DNA of 63,961 nucleotides, filler included, from an uncultured bacterium (GTDB lineage: Bacteria; CAYJRR01), in the NCBI GenBank assembly GCA_964372275.1. It is 3 parts of 3 records of this genome, joined end to end, with 100 filler letters (N's around TTAATTAATTAA, not from the genome) between each part and the next. Parts side by side here need not be neighbours in the genome. Positions count along the whole stretch, not along the records: positions 1 to 30,208 come from CAYJRR010000053.1; 2 more parts are not named here. One strand, given 5' to 3'. The translations under genes were made by a program, and so were the position numbers. The notes under the pieces are model-generated. The model was not told where the DNA came from and did not search any database. It saw nothing but the letters and a program-made list of their open reading frames with translations. Shown in pieces: positions 19,152 through 27,606 of this stretch; position 1 is the stretch's first letter; every line of letters starts with the position of its first letter.

Positions 19152-19769
19152 TCAGGGGCCGACGACGTAGTCGAGCGAGAGCGTCGTTTCCTTGCCGAGC
19201 TCGAAGGCCGCCGCCCCGGTCTTGCGGTCGATCGGCAACGGTCTCCCCGCGCGCGCCGCGCGCAGACGTACGCCCGTGGCGACGATCACCCCCGGCACCG
19301 GATGGCCGTCGCCGCGCCAATCGCGCAGGTTCACGCGCACCGCTCCGCCGGAGTCCGGTTTCGGCGCCGCCTTGACCACGACGTCCACCGAGAGCGTCTC
19401 CGGCCGGTCGAAGGCCGATTCTCCGCCACGAAGCGACGGCTCCCCCGTCTGGAGCGGCAGCGCTTTGCCGTCCTGCTCGACACGCAGGTGGAGGAGCGCG
19501 CGCTCGCGCAGGAAGCGCGCAAGGTCGTCCCGCTCCGACGGGCCGAGACGTCGATCCCCGTCCGCGTCGAAGCGCCGCCGGAGCTCCGTCGACTCCGCCC
19601 CCGGCTGCGTCCTTTCGCTGACGCCGACCTCCAGGCCGGCCGCCGTCAGCGTCACCACCAGGACCCGCGAATCCGGCAACTCGTGCCCCCACGCCTTCGA
19701 CGGGAGGACCGCGGCGACGCACGCGTGGATCGACACCGCGGCGATGCCCGTCCGGGTCAGAAGAGCCAT
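19152..19769 (-). CDS. Exported hypothetical protein, possibly metal-binding
   Basis: Signal peptide ending AWG/HE (His at the mature N-terminus); EF-hand-like DADGDRRLGPSE. Confidence 0.55.
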   Translation of the reverse strand: MALLTRTGIAAVSIHACVAAVLPSKAWGHELPDSRVLVVTLTAAGLEVGVSERTQPGAESTELRRRFDADGDRRLGPSERDDLARFLRERALLHLRVEQDGKALPLQTGEPSLRGGESAFDRPETLSVDVVVKAAPKPDSGGAVRVNLRDWRGDGHPVPGVIVATGVRLRAARAGRPLPIDRKTGAAAFELGKETTLSLDYVVGP

Positions 19770-21115
19770 GCCGCCGCCGCTCCGTCGGGGCCGATCGCCC
19801 CCATGAATCGTCGCCGCCAACGACGATCGATCCGACGGCGCGCCTCCTCGTTGCGATCGGCCGCCGCCTGCGCCGCGCCGTTGGCGCCGAAGAAGTACCA
19901 GCCGCTCTCGAACTCCAGCAGGACGATCGCGAGAGGGATGTTGCGCTCGCGCACCGCCCAGATCGCCCCACCGATGAACAGTCCGTTCAGCATCAACGCC
20001 CCCACGCCTTGCAGCGGGCGGCCGGCGTAGACGTGCCCGGCCCCCGGCACGAGCAGGCTCAAGACGGCGGCGGTCCGGGGGGATCGCCAGCGCACGTCCT
20101 CCCCGGCCGCGTCGGCGAGGAGCTCCCGGGCGACCGGTCCCCGCCGCGGGTCCGAGGTGAACCCGGCGAAGCGCGATGCGGCAGCGCGCACCGACCGTCC
20201 TTCGCGCAGGTCGACCGACGCGCCGGCGAACGCCGCCAGCCAGCGCGCTTCGCCCTCGTCCTGAAGCAAGAGCCGTCGCTCGGCCTCGCGGTCGAATCCA
20301 CGGGCGAGCAGCGCCAAGGCCCGACCCCGGGCCGCGCGTCCGGCGGCTTCGCGATCGCCGGCCGTCTCCGCTGCGCGCTCCGCCTCCTCGAATAGGCGAT
20401 CCGCGTCGTCGAACGCGGCGTCCGCCTCGGTGGCGCGCCCCGCGGCCTGTGCCCCCGCCCCGCCGCGGGCGGCCGTCCAGGCCGCCCCTTCGAGGGCCGA
20501 CCCCGCGGCGGCGGGATCCCGCGTGAGAAAGGCGGCGCGGCGGAGCTCGGTGACGGCGTCGTCGAACGCGCCTCGCCGCGCGAGCGCCTCGCCCATCGCG
20601 CGCGCCTCCGGCGCCCCGCCCGGCGGTGACCCCGGAGCCTGCGCGGGAGGCGAACGATCGGCGACGGAAGCGGTCGGGGATCCGGGGGCGACATCGGACT
20701 CGATCCCGGGGTCGTCCGGTCCGGCGCGACCCGAATCCTCTCCACCGTCCACGCCGCGGCGGAAGATCGCATCGTTCGCGTCGACCGGATCGTGGATCCA
20801 CGTCCGCCCGAAACGGTCGATCCGGGGAAGGTCGTACGAGCCCGCTTCGTGGAGCAGTCGGTCGGCGGCGAGCCACCCGCCGACGAGCGGTCCGTGCCGG
20901 CGCACCGCCTCGGTCGCGTAGGCGGCGCAGGTGGGATACATCGGGCACCGCGCGCCGTCCAACGGCGAGATGACGTTGCGATAAAACCAGAGCCCGGCGA
21001 GCATCGGCATCGCCAACGGATCGGTCGGCAACTCCCCCCGCTCCGCCGCTTCGACCGGACTCGCCGACGTCGAAAGCGCGAGCGCCAGCATCGCGAGCAC
21101 GGTCGATCGCCTCAT
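19757..21115 (-). CDS. YidD-like domain + TPR-like repeats + C-terminal membrane domain fusion
   Basis: Signal peptide, FYRNVISPLDGARCPMYPTCAAYATEAVRRHG, helical repeats, RSPRTAAVLSLLVPGAGHVYAG. Confidence 0.75.
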   Translation of the reverse strand: MRRSTVLAMLALALSTSASPVEAAERGELPTDPLAMPMLAGLWFYRNVISPLDGARCPMYPTCAAYATEAVRRHGPLVGGWLAADRLLHEAGSYDLPRIDRFGRTWIHDPVDANDAIFRRGVDGGEDSGRAGPDDPGIESDVAPGSPTASVADRSPPAQAPGSPPGGAPEARAMGEALARRGAFDDAVTELRRAAFLTRDPAAAGSALEGAAWTAARGGAGAQAAGRATEADAAFDDADRLFEEAERAAETAGDREAAGRAARGRALALLARGFDREAERRLLLQDEGEARWLAAFAGASVDLREGRSVRAAASRFAGFTSDPRRGPVARELLADAAGEDVRWRSPRTAAVLSLLVPGAGHVYAGRPLQGVGALMLNGLFIGGAIWAVRERNIPLAIVLLEFESGWYFFGANGAAQAAADRNEEARRRIDRRWRRRFMGAIGPDGAAAAWLF

Positions 21116-21450
21116 CGTCCGGGCTCGTCGCCGGCGTCCGGTTCCACGGGCCGCAGGACGTAGTCGTACCGATCGGCCAGCGTCCGTCCGAAACTCCACA
21201 CGCAGGCGGCGCGCCAACGGGGCCGCTCCTCGGCGGTGATCGTCCGGAATCCTTCCTTCTCCAGCCGGATCGACGCCGATCGTCTGGGCCCGGCCCGCTC
21301 CACGAAGGCGGTCGGCGTGAGACCGACGAAGACGTCGTCGACGTAGGCCCTCGCCCCGGCCGGATCCGAATGCAGCTCGACGCGGTGGGCGCAGCCGATC
21401 GCCAGGACCGCCATCGCGACGGCCGCTCCGGCGTGGAGGCCGGGGGTCAT
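21112..21450 (-). CDS. PEGA-domain lipoprotein
   Basis: Lipobox AIGC, SDPAGARAYVDD..VGLTP, LEKEGF. Confidence 0.8.
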   Translation of the reverse strand: MTPGLHAGAAVAMAVLAIGCAHRVELHSDPAGARAYVDDVFVGLTPTAFVERAGPRRSASIRLEKEGFRTITAEERPRWRAACVWSFGRTLADRYDYVLRPVEPDAGDEPGR

Positions 21451-22151
21451 CGAAATCTCCGCGCGACGTTCCGGCGCGAAAGCACGTACACGGCGATCGC
21501 CATCCAGGCCAGCGGCGCGACTTTCCACGCGACACCCGGAAGGCTCAATCCCAACAGGAGTACCGCGGCGTGGAACAACGTCGTCGCGCGGCGTCCCCAC
21601 TCCCGCTGCAGCACGACCCCCAGGCCGGCGAGCGTCGCCAGGCCTCCGAGGGCGACGGTGAGCGCGAGCGATACCGGATCCGGCTCGATCCGCGCCACGC
21701 GGACGAACAGCGCGCGCGCGTCCGGCAGCGACGGGACGGCCAGCGGTAGCGCCCCCTGGTCCTCGAGCCACAACAGGCCCGCCGCCGACGCGGCGGCGCC
21801 GCCGGCGAGGGCGTACAGCAGGCCTCCGAGCTGGACCACGGAGGCGATGGCCGCGTCCTGGCCGCGCCGAGCCGTCCTCTCCACCGCCGACGCGGCATCG
21901 AAAGAGACGAGCAGACCGTCCTCGAATCGGTTCGAATGGGTGGGACCGTCGCGCTCCAGCCGCTCGTCCCGCGCGCGCTCCGCGACCATGCGCACCACTC
22001 GGTCGGAGTCGCGGCGCGCCTTCTCGATCGCGGCTTCGGCGCGCGGATCGTCGTAGACCTTGAGCTCCCGGATCGCCGCGATCCGGTCCGACGGTTCCGT
22101 GCTTTCGAGCCGGGCAAGAAGATCTTCGATCCGCGAGGGCGTCTCGGACAT
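21447..22151 (-). CDS. HEAT-repeat membrane protein
   Basis: DRIAAIREL...DSDRVVRMVA followed by about 4 TM helices; overlaps both neighbours. Confidence 0.6.
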   Translation of the reverse strand: MSETPSRIEDLLARLESTEPSDRIAAIRELKVYDDPRAEAAIEKARRDSDRVVRMVAERARDERLERDGPTHSNRFEDGLLVSFDAASAVERTARRGQDAAIASVVQLGGLLYALAGGAAASAAGLLWLEDQGALPLAVPSLPDARALFVRVARIEPDPVSLALTVALGGLATLAGLGVVLQREWGRRATTLFHAAVLLLGLSLPGVAWKVAPLAWMAIAVYVLSRRNVARRFR

Positions 22152-22570
22152 CACCCTCCCTCGCCGTTCCCCTCGTCGTCGCTCGGCGCACCGCCGAGGA
22201 CCTCCACCGGCTTCATCCGCGCGAACGTGACTTCGCGCCGGCCGTAGACCTGCTGCACGAAGGCGCGGTGCTCGGGCGACAGCGTCCGGAATCCGACCCA
22301 CATCCCCGGCATCACCCCCGGCATCTCCTCGTCGGCGCGGAGCACCTCGGCTTCGCCTTGCAGGATCTCCTTCCCGTCGTTGGTCCGGAAGTCGAGCTGC
22401 ACGCGCCAACCGGCCGGCTTCGGCCGGCTGCTCGGGATGAACATCCCCTCCTGGTAGATGTTCGGTCCGAACTCTTTGATGAAGGCTTCGACGTCGGTGA
22501 ACTCCTTCCGGACCGTCAGCGTCAGGGTGATCTTGGGAAGCGGCGTCGAACTCGACTCGTCTTTGCCCAC
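22151..22570 (-). CDS. Degenerate PilZ-like protein (myxobacterial TIGR02266-like)
   Basis: FIKEFGPNIYQEGMFIPS..PKPAG, GEAEV, PGMWVGF. Confidence 0.75.
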   Translation of the reverse strand: MGKDESSSTPLPKITLTLTVRKEFTDVEAFIKEFGPNIYQEGMFIPSSRPKPAGWRVQLDFRTNDGKEILQGEAEVLRADEEMPGVMPGMWVGFRTLSPEHRAFVQQVYGRREVTFARMKPVEVLGGAPSDDEGNGEGG

Positions 22571-22581
22571 ACGCTCTCCTT

Positions 22582-23589
22582 TCAGATCTCGGTCAGTGCG
22601 CCGCCGTCGAACCCGTCACCGCCGTCGTCCGCCGCCTCGTCGGTCCATCGGAACTCGGGATCGGCGTTGACCCCGCGATGGACCAGGAACTGGCTCTCGA
22701 ACGACGAGCGCCGCGGCCGGAACACCTTGTTCACGACCGCCTCCCGCGCGTCGAATGCCGCCCGGGCCTGCTTCACCTCGGCCGCGAGCCGGTCGAGCTC
22801 GCCGGTGCCGGCGTCGGAGCCGGCCCGCCGGAGCGAAGCCCCGCCGTCCTCCCCCGGTCCGCCCCCGACCCGCCGGAAGACGAGCCAACCGATCAGCCGT
22901 TTCCCCTTCGATCGGCCGGGGTCGTCGTCGGCGTAGAACGAATCGTCGTAGGCGTCGTCGTGCCAGTTGCGATACGCGGCCTTCAGCTCCGGGTCGTCCG
23001 TCAGACCGCAGGCCTGGAGCGCGGCTGCAATCGCGTCGTCGCCCTCCCGCAGCCGCACCACGTCGATGTAGGCGTTTCCGATCGATCGCATCCGGTCGAC
23101 GAGACGGCGGTCGTGGCGGGCGATTTCGCAGAGCGCCCATTTCTGATCGTCGCTCGCGAGCGACCGGAAGTCGGGATAGGTCGTCGCGGCGATCTGCCGA
23201 TAGAGCTCGTGCGCCGACCAGCGCATCGAGTTCGGAAACTCCGGCGGTGGCGCTTCGGCCACCGTCTCGCCGGGGATGTTGTAGGCCTCCGCCTTTTTCC
23301 GCTCGGCGTAGCGCCGCGCCGACGCGATCGTCTCGTCACGCCGACCGGCCTCGATCGAGTCGATCCTCCCCGCGACGGTGTTCGCCGCGTCGGAGGTCGA
23401 CTGGAACAGCCGGTTGAGCTCGCTGTCTTGGCGATGGATCTGGTCCTTGGCGATCACCGTCGCCTTGTCGGCGGCGGCACGCGTCTTGTCGACGGCCCGG
23501 TTCAGCAACGAATCTTCTCGTTGCACCTGGTCCTTGGCCGCCTCCGCCGCCTTTTGCGCGGCGTCTTTCACCTTGTCCCAGAGACCCAT
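22582..23589 (-). CDS. Hypothetical protein with LEA-like N-terminal helical repeat
   Basis: MGLWDKVKDAAQKAAEAAK start, GC3-rich codons, heads an operon. Confidence 0.65.
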   Translation of the reverse strand: MGLWDKVKDAAQKAAEAAKDQVQREDSLLNRAVDKTRAAADKATVIAKDQIHRQDSELNRLFQSTSDAANTVAGRIDSIEAGRRDETIASARRYAERKKAEAYNIPGETVAEAPPPEFPNSMRWSAHELYRQIAATTYPDFRSLASDDQKWALCEIARHDRRLVDRMRSIGNAYIDVVRLREGDDAIAAALQACGLTDDPELKAAYRNWHDDAYDDSFYADDDPGRSKGKRLIGWLVFRRVGGGPGEDGGASLRRAGSDAGTGELDRLAAEVKQARAAFDAREAVVNKVFRPRRSSFESQFLVHRGVNADPEFRWTDEAADDGGDGFDGGALTEI

Positions 23590-23694
23590 CCGGCCGACCT
23601 ATCCCCCGCGCGTTGCGACGCTAGTGCCGCGTGACGCTTGCGAATTCGGGCGCCGCGTGCTCTCCTTTTCGGCCGAAGGATTGTACCCTCGATC

Positions 23695-23994
23695 GTGGCG
23701 GCCTGTCATTCTTGCGGAACCGAGTTCGTCGTCCACGGGATCGTCTCCCGTTCCGCGACCTGCGGCGGATGCCATGCCTACCTCCGGAGTTGCGCCAACT
23801 GCGAGTACTTCGACGCCCGCGCCAAGAACGAATGCCGCGAAGTGAACGCGGAACCGGTGGGCGACAAGAAGGCATCCAACTTCTGCGAGTACTTCGCGCC
23901 GAACCGCCGCAGCGGCCGCCCGGTGGCGGCGGGGGACCGGTCCGAGCCGAAAAAGGGGGCCGACGATGCCTTCGCGGCGCTCTTCAAGAAGTGA
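23695..23994 (+). CDS. Small Cys-rich (zinc-binding) conserved hypothetical protein
   Basis: CxxC...CxxC..LRSCxNCxYFD...CRE...NFCEYF...FAALFKK. Confidence 0.8.
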   Translation: MAACHSCGTEFVVHGIVSRSATCGGCHAYLRSCANCEYFDARAKNECREVNAEPVGDKKASNFCEYFAPNRRSGRPVAAGDRSEPKKGADDAFAALFKK

Positions 23995-24204
23995 CCCCTC
24001 CGCGTGACCGAAACGCACAGTTCAGCTGTCGACAGTTTGGACAGTTTTTCCTCAAGAATGCTGGTCGGTTGCAGCGTGGCGAATTCGGTGCGTCCCAGGT
24101 GTCGCCGGATTCGACGATTCCGGCCGACCGCCGGCGTCGTCCCGTCCGCGCGATATTCAAAAAGATTCGTATTTTCGGCACGTTGAGGAGACACGCTCCA
24201 CATG

Positions 24205-24220
24205 TGGCGCACCCCTTGCT
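24205..24220 (+). promoter_or_regulatory. Sigma-54 -24/-12 promoter of the PilZ gene at 24248
   Basis: TGGCGCACCCCTTGCT (GG-N10-GC); GGAGG RBS downstream; AT tract and ACAGTT repeats upstream. Confidence 0.7.
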
Positions 24221-24247
24221 GACGTTTCCGCGCGGGAGGATCGCCAC

Positions 24248-24673
24248 GTGTCGGGAGATCACGAGAAGGCGAAGGGTGCCGAGCGGCGCGTCGCTCCGCG
24301 CCGCGTACTGGAGACGCGAGTGGCGTTGAAGACCGAGAAGGCAATCCTGTTCATGGAGTCGACGGACGTCTCGCTCCAGGGAATTCGCCTCCGGTCGGAA
24401 GTGGCACTCGAGGTCGGCACCAAATGCAGGTTGGTTCCGTTCTTCGACGACGTCGCGAGACTGTTCGAAGCGACCGGAACGGTGGTTCGGGTTTCGAGCG
24501 TACCCGAGTCGCGCCCGGGCCGGTCGACCGGAAACGGCGACTCGACGCTGGCAGAGCTCGGGGTTCGATTCGATCCGCTGGGAAGCGCGGAGGAAGGAAC
24601 GTTGCGGAGGCTCGTGCAGGACGATGGGGTCGATCCGACCGCCGTCCCGATTGCACGCGTTTCCTGGAACTAG
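24248..24673 (+). CDS. Single PilZ-domain protein
   Basis: ERRVAPRR, DVSLQG, GTVVR, LGVRF. Confidence 0.85.
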   Translation: MSGDHEKAKGAERRVAPRRVLETRVALKTEKAILFMESTDVSLQGIRLRSEVALEVGTKCRLVPFFDDVARLFEATGTVVRVSSVPESRPGRSTGNGDSTLAELGVRFDPLGSAEEGTLRRLVQDDGVDPTAVPIARVSWN

Positions 24674-24685
24674 CAGGGGGTCCAC

Positions 24686-24721
24686 CGGGGGAGAGGCCCC
24701 GGAAAGCCCGAAGGGTGGGAC
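24686..24721 (+). repeat. Diverged copy of the 38-nt REP-like element
   Basis: CGGGGGAGAGGCCCCGGAAAGCCCGAAGGGTGGGAC resembles the units at 28775 and 40544. Confidence 0.6.
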
Positions 24722-24860
24722 AGTGGGCCCGGTTCGTACGGGCCGTCGGGATGTCGGGAGAGGTACGGAGGGCCGCCGGCGAGCCAATTGCCGCGCGGCC
24801 CTCGGTATTTTCGTCCTCGCAGGGATCCCGGGGGGAACCCGACCGATCGCGAAACGCGGA

Positions 24861-26618
24861 CTAGCTCGCGCGAGCGCGCCGGGCAGACCGTGATCGGCGG
24901 TCCGCCTCCCGCACGGACCGCGTTTCGCCGACGGCCGCTTCGCCGCCGGAGAGCATCTCCCGCGCGTGCGCCCGGGTGGTGGCGGTGATCTCCAGGCCGC
25001 CCAGCATCCGCGCCAGCTCCTCCTCGCGACCGTCCCGGTCGAGCCGACGCACATCGATCCGGGTCCGTCCTCCCACCACCGCCTTTTCGACGCGCAACTG
25101 GACGTCCGCCCGCGCCGCGATCGGAGCCAGGTGGGTGATCGCGAGAACCTGGTGACGGGTCTCGGATCGGGCGGCCTGCGCGACCGCCGCGAGCTTCTTG
25201 CCGACCAGATCCGCCACCGCCCCCCCGACGCCGGCGTCGATCTCGTCGAACAGGTAGGTCTCGATCGGATGGTGCTTCGCGATCACGCCGTGCAGCGCGA
25301 GGAGCACGCGCGACAACTCCCCGCCGGAAGCCACCGCCGAGAGTCCCCTCGGCGCCTCGCCCGGATTGGCGGAAAATCGGAACTCCACCTCGTCCGCGCC
25401 GGTAGACGACAGCGGCGCCGAACGGACCTCCGCGATGAATCTCGCGCGCGGCATCCCCAACTCCCCCAACTCGACCGCCACCCGCCGCCCCAGCGACCGC
25501 GCCGTCTCCTGCCGCGCCACGGTGAGTGCCGCCGCGATCGACTCCGCATCGCGACGCGTCGCCGCTTCGACGGCCCGTTTCTCGAGCAGCGTCGACTCGA
25601 GCGACACGATCTCGGCAAGCTCCGCCTCCAGGGTTGCGAGGAGACGGGGCAACGCTCCGCCCTCCTCCGCGCCGAGCCCGTGCTTCTTCCGCAGTCGCTC
25701 GAGGAGCGAAAGACGCGCCTCGATCTCGTCCGCCCGACCGGGATCGGCCACGTCGTCGCGCCGATCGCGGAGGGTCCGCGCGACCTCCTCCACCTCGACC
25801 CGCGCCGATTCGATCGACGGGAGTAGATCCGCCAGCGTGGAATCGATCCGCGCCGCCTGCGAGAGAGACGCGTGCACCGACCGCAAACGCTCGACCACGG
25901 AACCGTCGCCGGAGTAGAGCGACGCTTCCGCACCGGCGGTCGCGTCGGCCAGCGCCCGGCCATGAAGGAGCCGCAACCGCTCCGCGACCAGCGCCTCCGC
26001 CTCCCCCTCGGCGACGTTCGCCTCGCGAAGCTCTTCCACCTGAAAGCGGAGGTAGTCCTCTCGCCGGGAGCGCTCGGCCTCCTTCGAGGCCAGCGCCTCC
26101 GCCTCCCGCTTCGCCCGCTCGTAGGCGGCAAACGCCTCGGCCATCTTGTCCGCCAGAGGCGCGTGGCCGCCGGCGGCGTCGACCAGGGCGCGGTGGTGCG
26201 AACGGTCGAGCAACGTCTGGTGGTCGTGTTGTCCGGCGATGTCGACCAGGCACTTCGAGAGCGACGAGAGCATCGCCACGGTCGCAGGCCCACCGTTCAG
26301 GAAGACCTTCCCCTTCCCGGATCGCGAGATCGACCGCTTCACAACCAGCTCCCGGCTCGCCTCGAGCTCGATTCCGATCGCCTCGGCCGCGCGGGCCGCG
26401 CGCTCGTCGAGCGCGAACAGTCCCTCCACCGTCGCGGTCTCTTCGCCGGTCCGAATCTGCTCCGCCGAGGCCCGCCCGCCGAGCAGGATCGACAGCGCGT
26501 CGACCAGGATCGACTTCCCGGCGCCGGTCTCCCCGGTGACGGCGGTGAAACCCGGACCGAATTCGACCGCGAGATCGTCGACGATCGCCAGATGTTGGAT
26601 GCGGAGCGATAGCAGCAC
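24861..26618 (-). CDS. recN: DNA repair protein RecN
   Basis: TGETGAGKS, DIAGQHDHQ, FSANPGE, ASGGELSR, FDEIDAGVGG, ITHL. Confidence 0.97.
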   Translation of the reverse strand: MLLSLRIQHLAIVDDLAVEFGPGFTAVTGETGAGKSILVDALSILLGGRASAEQIRTGEETATVEGLFALDERAARAAEAIGIELEASRELVVKRSISRSGKGKVFLNGGPATVAMLSSLSKCLVDIAGQHDHQTLLDRSHHRALVDAAGGHAPLADKMAEAFAAYERAKREAEALASKEAERSRREDYLRFQVEELREANVAEGEAEALVAERLRLLHGRALADATAGAEASLYSGDGSVVERLRSVHASLSQAARIDSTLADLLPSIESARVEVEEVARTLRDRRDDVADPGRADEIEARLSLLERLRKKHGLGAEEGGALPRLLATLEAELAEIVSLESTLLEKRAVEAATRRDAESIAAALTVARQETARSLGRRVAVELGELGMPRARFIAEVRSAPLSSTGADEVEFRFSANPGEAPRGLSAVASGGELSRVLLALHGVIAKHHPIETYLFDEIDAGVGGAVADLVGKKLAAVAQAARSETRHQVLAITHLAPIAARADVQLRVEKAVVGGRTRIDVRRLDRDGREEELARMLGGLEITATTRAHAREMLSGGEAAVGETRSVREADRRSRSARRARAS

Positions 26619-26646
26619 GGGACCCCCTTTCGTGGCACAAAACCAC

Positions 26647-26684
26647 TACCCGAAAGAGATACCGAAACGACTACCGAAAGTCAA
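26647..26684 (-). promoter_or_regulatory. recN sigma-70 promoter overlapped by three TTTCGG(G)TA direct repeats
   Basis: Minus strand TTGACT-N17-TATCTC; repeats at 26672-26679, 26660-26667, 26647-26655. Confidence 0.6.
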
Positions 26685-26685
26685 T

Positions 26686-27606
26686 CTAGTAGGCGGACTT
26701 CCCGACCTTGCCGTGCACGATCGCCACGGAGGCCGACGCCCCGATGCGATCGGCGCCGGCGGCCACCATCTTCTCCCAATCCTCGCGGGAGCGGACGCCG
26801 CCCGACGCCTTGACCCCCATGTCGGCGCCGACCACCCGCCGCATCAGCTCGACGTCCTTGACCGTTGCGCCGCCGGGTCCGAAGCCGGTCGAGGTCTTCA
26901 CGAACGCCGCCCCCGCGGCCTTCGACAGCGCGCAGCCGACGATCTTCTCCTCGTCGGAGAGCCCCCCGGTCTCGAGGATCACCTTCACGCCGGCGGGCCG
27001 GCTGGCCTCGACCACCGCCTCGATGTCGCGCAACACGAAGGCGTAGTCCTTCGACTTGAGCGCGCCGATGTTCACCACCATGTCGATCTCGGCCGCGCCG
27101 GCCTTCACCGCCTCGCGCGCCTCGAACGACTTGGCCGACGTCGTCGCCGCGCCCAGCGGGAACCCGACCACGGCGATCGGCTTCACCGGGCATCCCTTGA
27201 GCAGGCGCGCCGCCAGCGGGATCCAGCTGGAGTTGAGGCAGACGGTCGCGAAGCTGTACTTCCTCGCCTCCTCGCAGACGCGGCGCACGTCCCCCTCGGT
27301 CGCCTCCGGCTTGAGCAGTGTGTGGTCGATGGTGCGCGCGATCGCCGGGTCGACGCCGGCGATCCCGGGGGCCGCCGAGAATCTCGACGCCCCGCGCGCC
27401 ACCATCTCCTCGATCACCGGCTGCTTGCGCACCGCGCAGTGCCCGTTGCCGTCGCACGTCTCCCGGGTCGCCATGCACGGCGAGCCCGCGCCGCCGCCGA
27501 GCACCGGCAGACCGCTCGCGCGCGGCGTCACCCCGTCGGCCGCGAGACGCGCCCGCACCTGCGCCGCGACCTGCTCCACCAGTCGATCGAGCTCTCCGGT
27601 ACCCAT
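26686..27606 (-). CDS. deoC: Deoxyribose-phosphate aldolase with N-terminal extension
   Basis: IDHTLLKP, VVGFPLGA, EIDMVVN, KVILET, FVKTSTGF, VKASGGVR, RIGAS. Confidence 0.95.
   Translation of the reverse strand: MGTGELDRLVEQVAAQVRARLAADGVTPRASGLPVLGGGAGSPCMATRETCDGNGHCAVRKQPVIEEMVARGASRFSAAPGIAGVDPAIARTIDHTLLKPEATEGDVRRVCEEARKYSFATVCLNSSWIPLAARLLKGCPVKPIAVVGFPLGAATTSAKSFEAREAVKAGAAEIDMVVNIGALKSKDYAFVLRDIEAVVEASRPAGVKVILETGGLSDEEKIVGCALSKAAGAAFVKTSTGFGPGGATVKDVELMRRVVGADMGVKASGGVRSREDWEKMVAAGADRIGASASVAIVHGKVGKSAY

Noticed and set aside
26633-26648. TGGCAC sigma-54 half-site upstream of recN
   Set aside because: No TTGC at -12, and it points antisense to the local genes.
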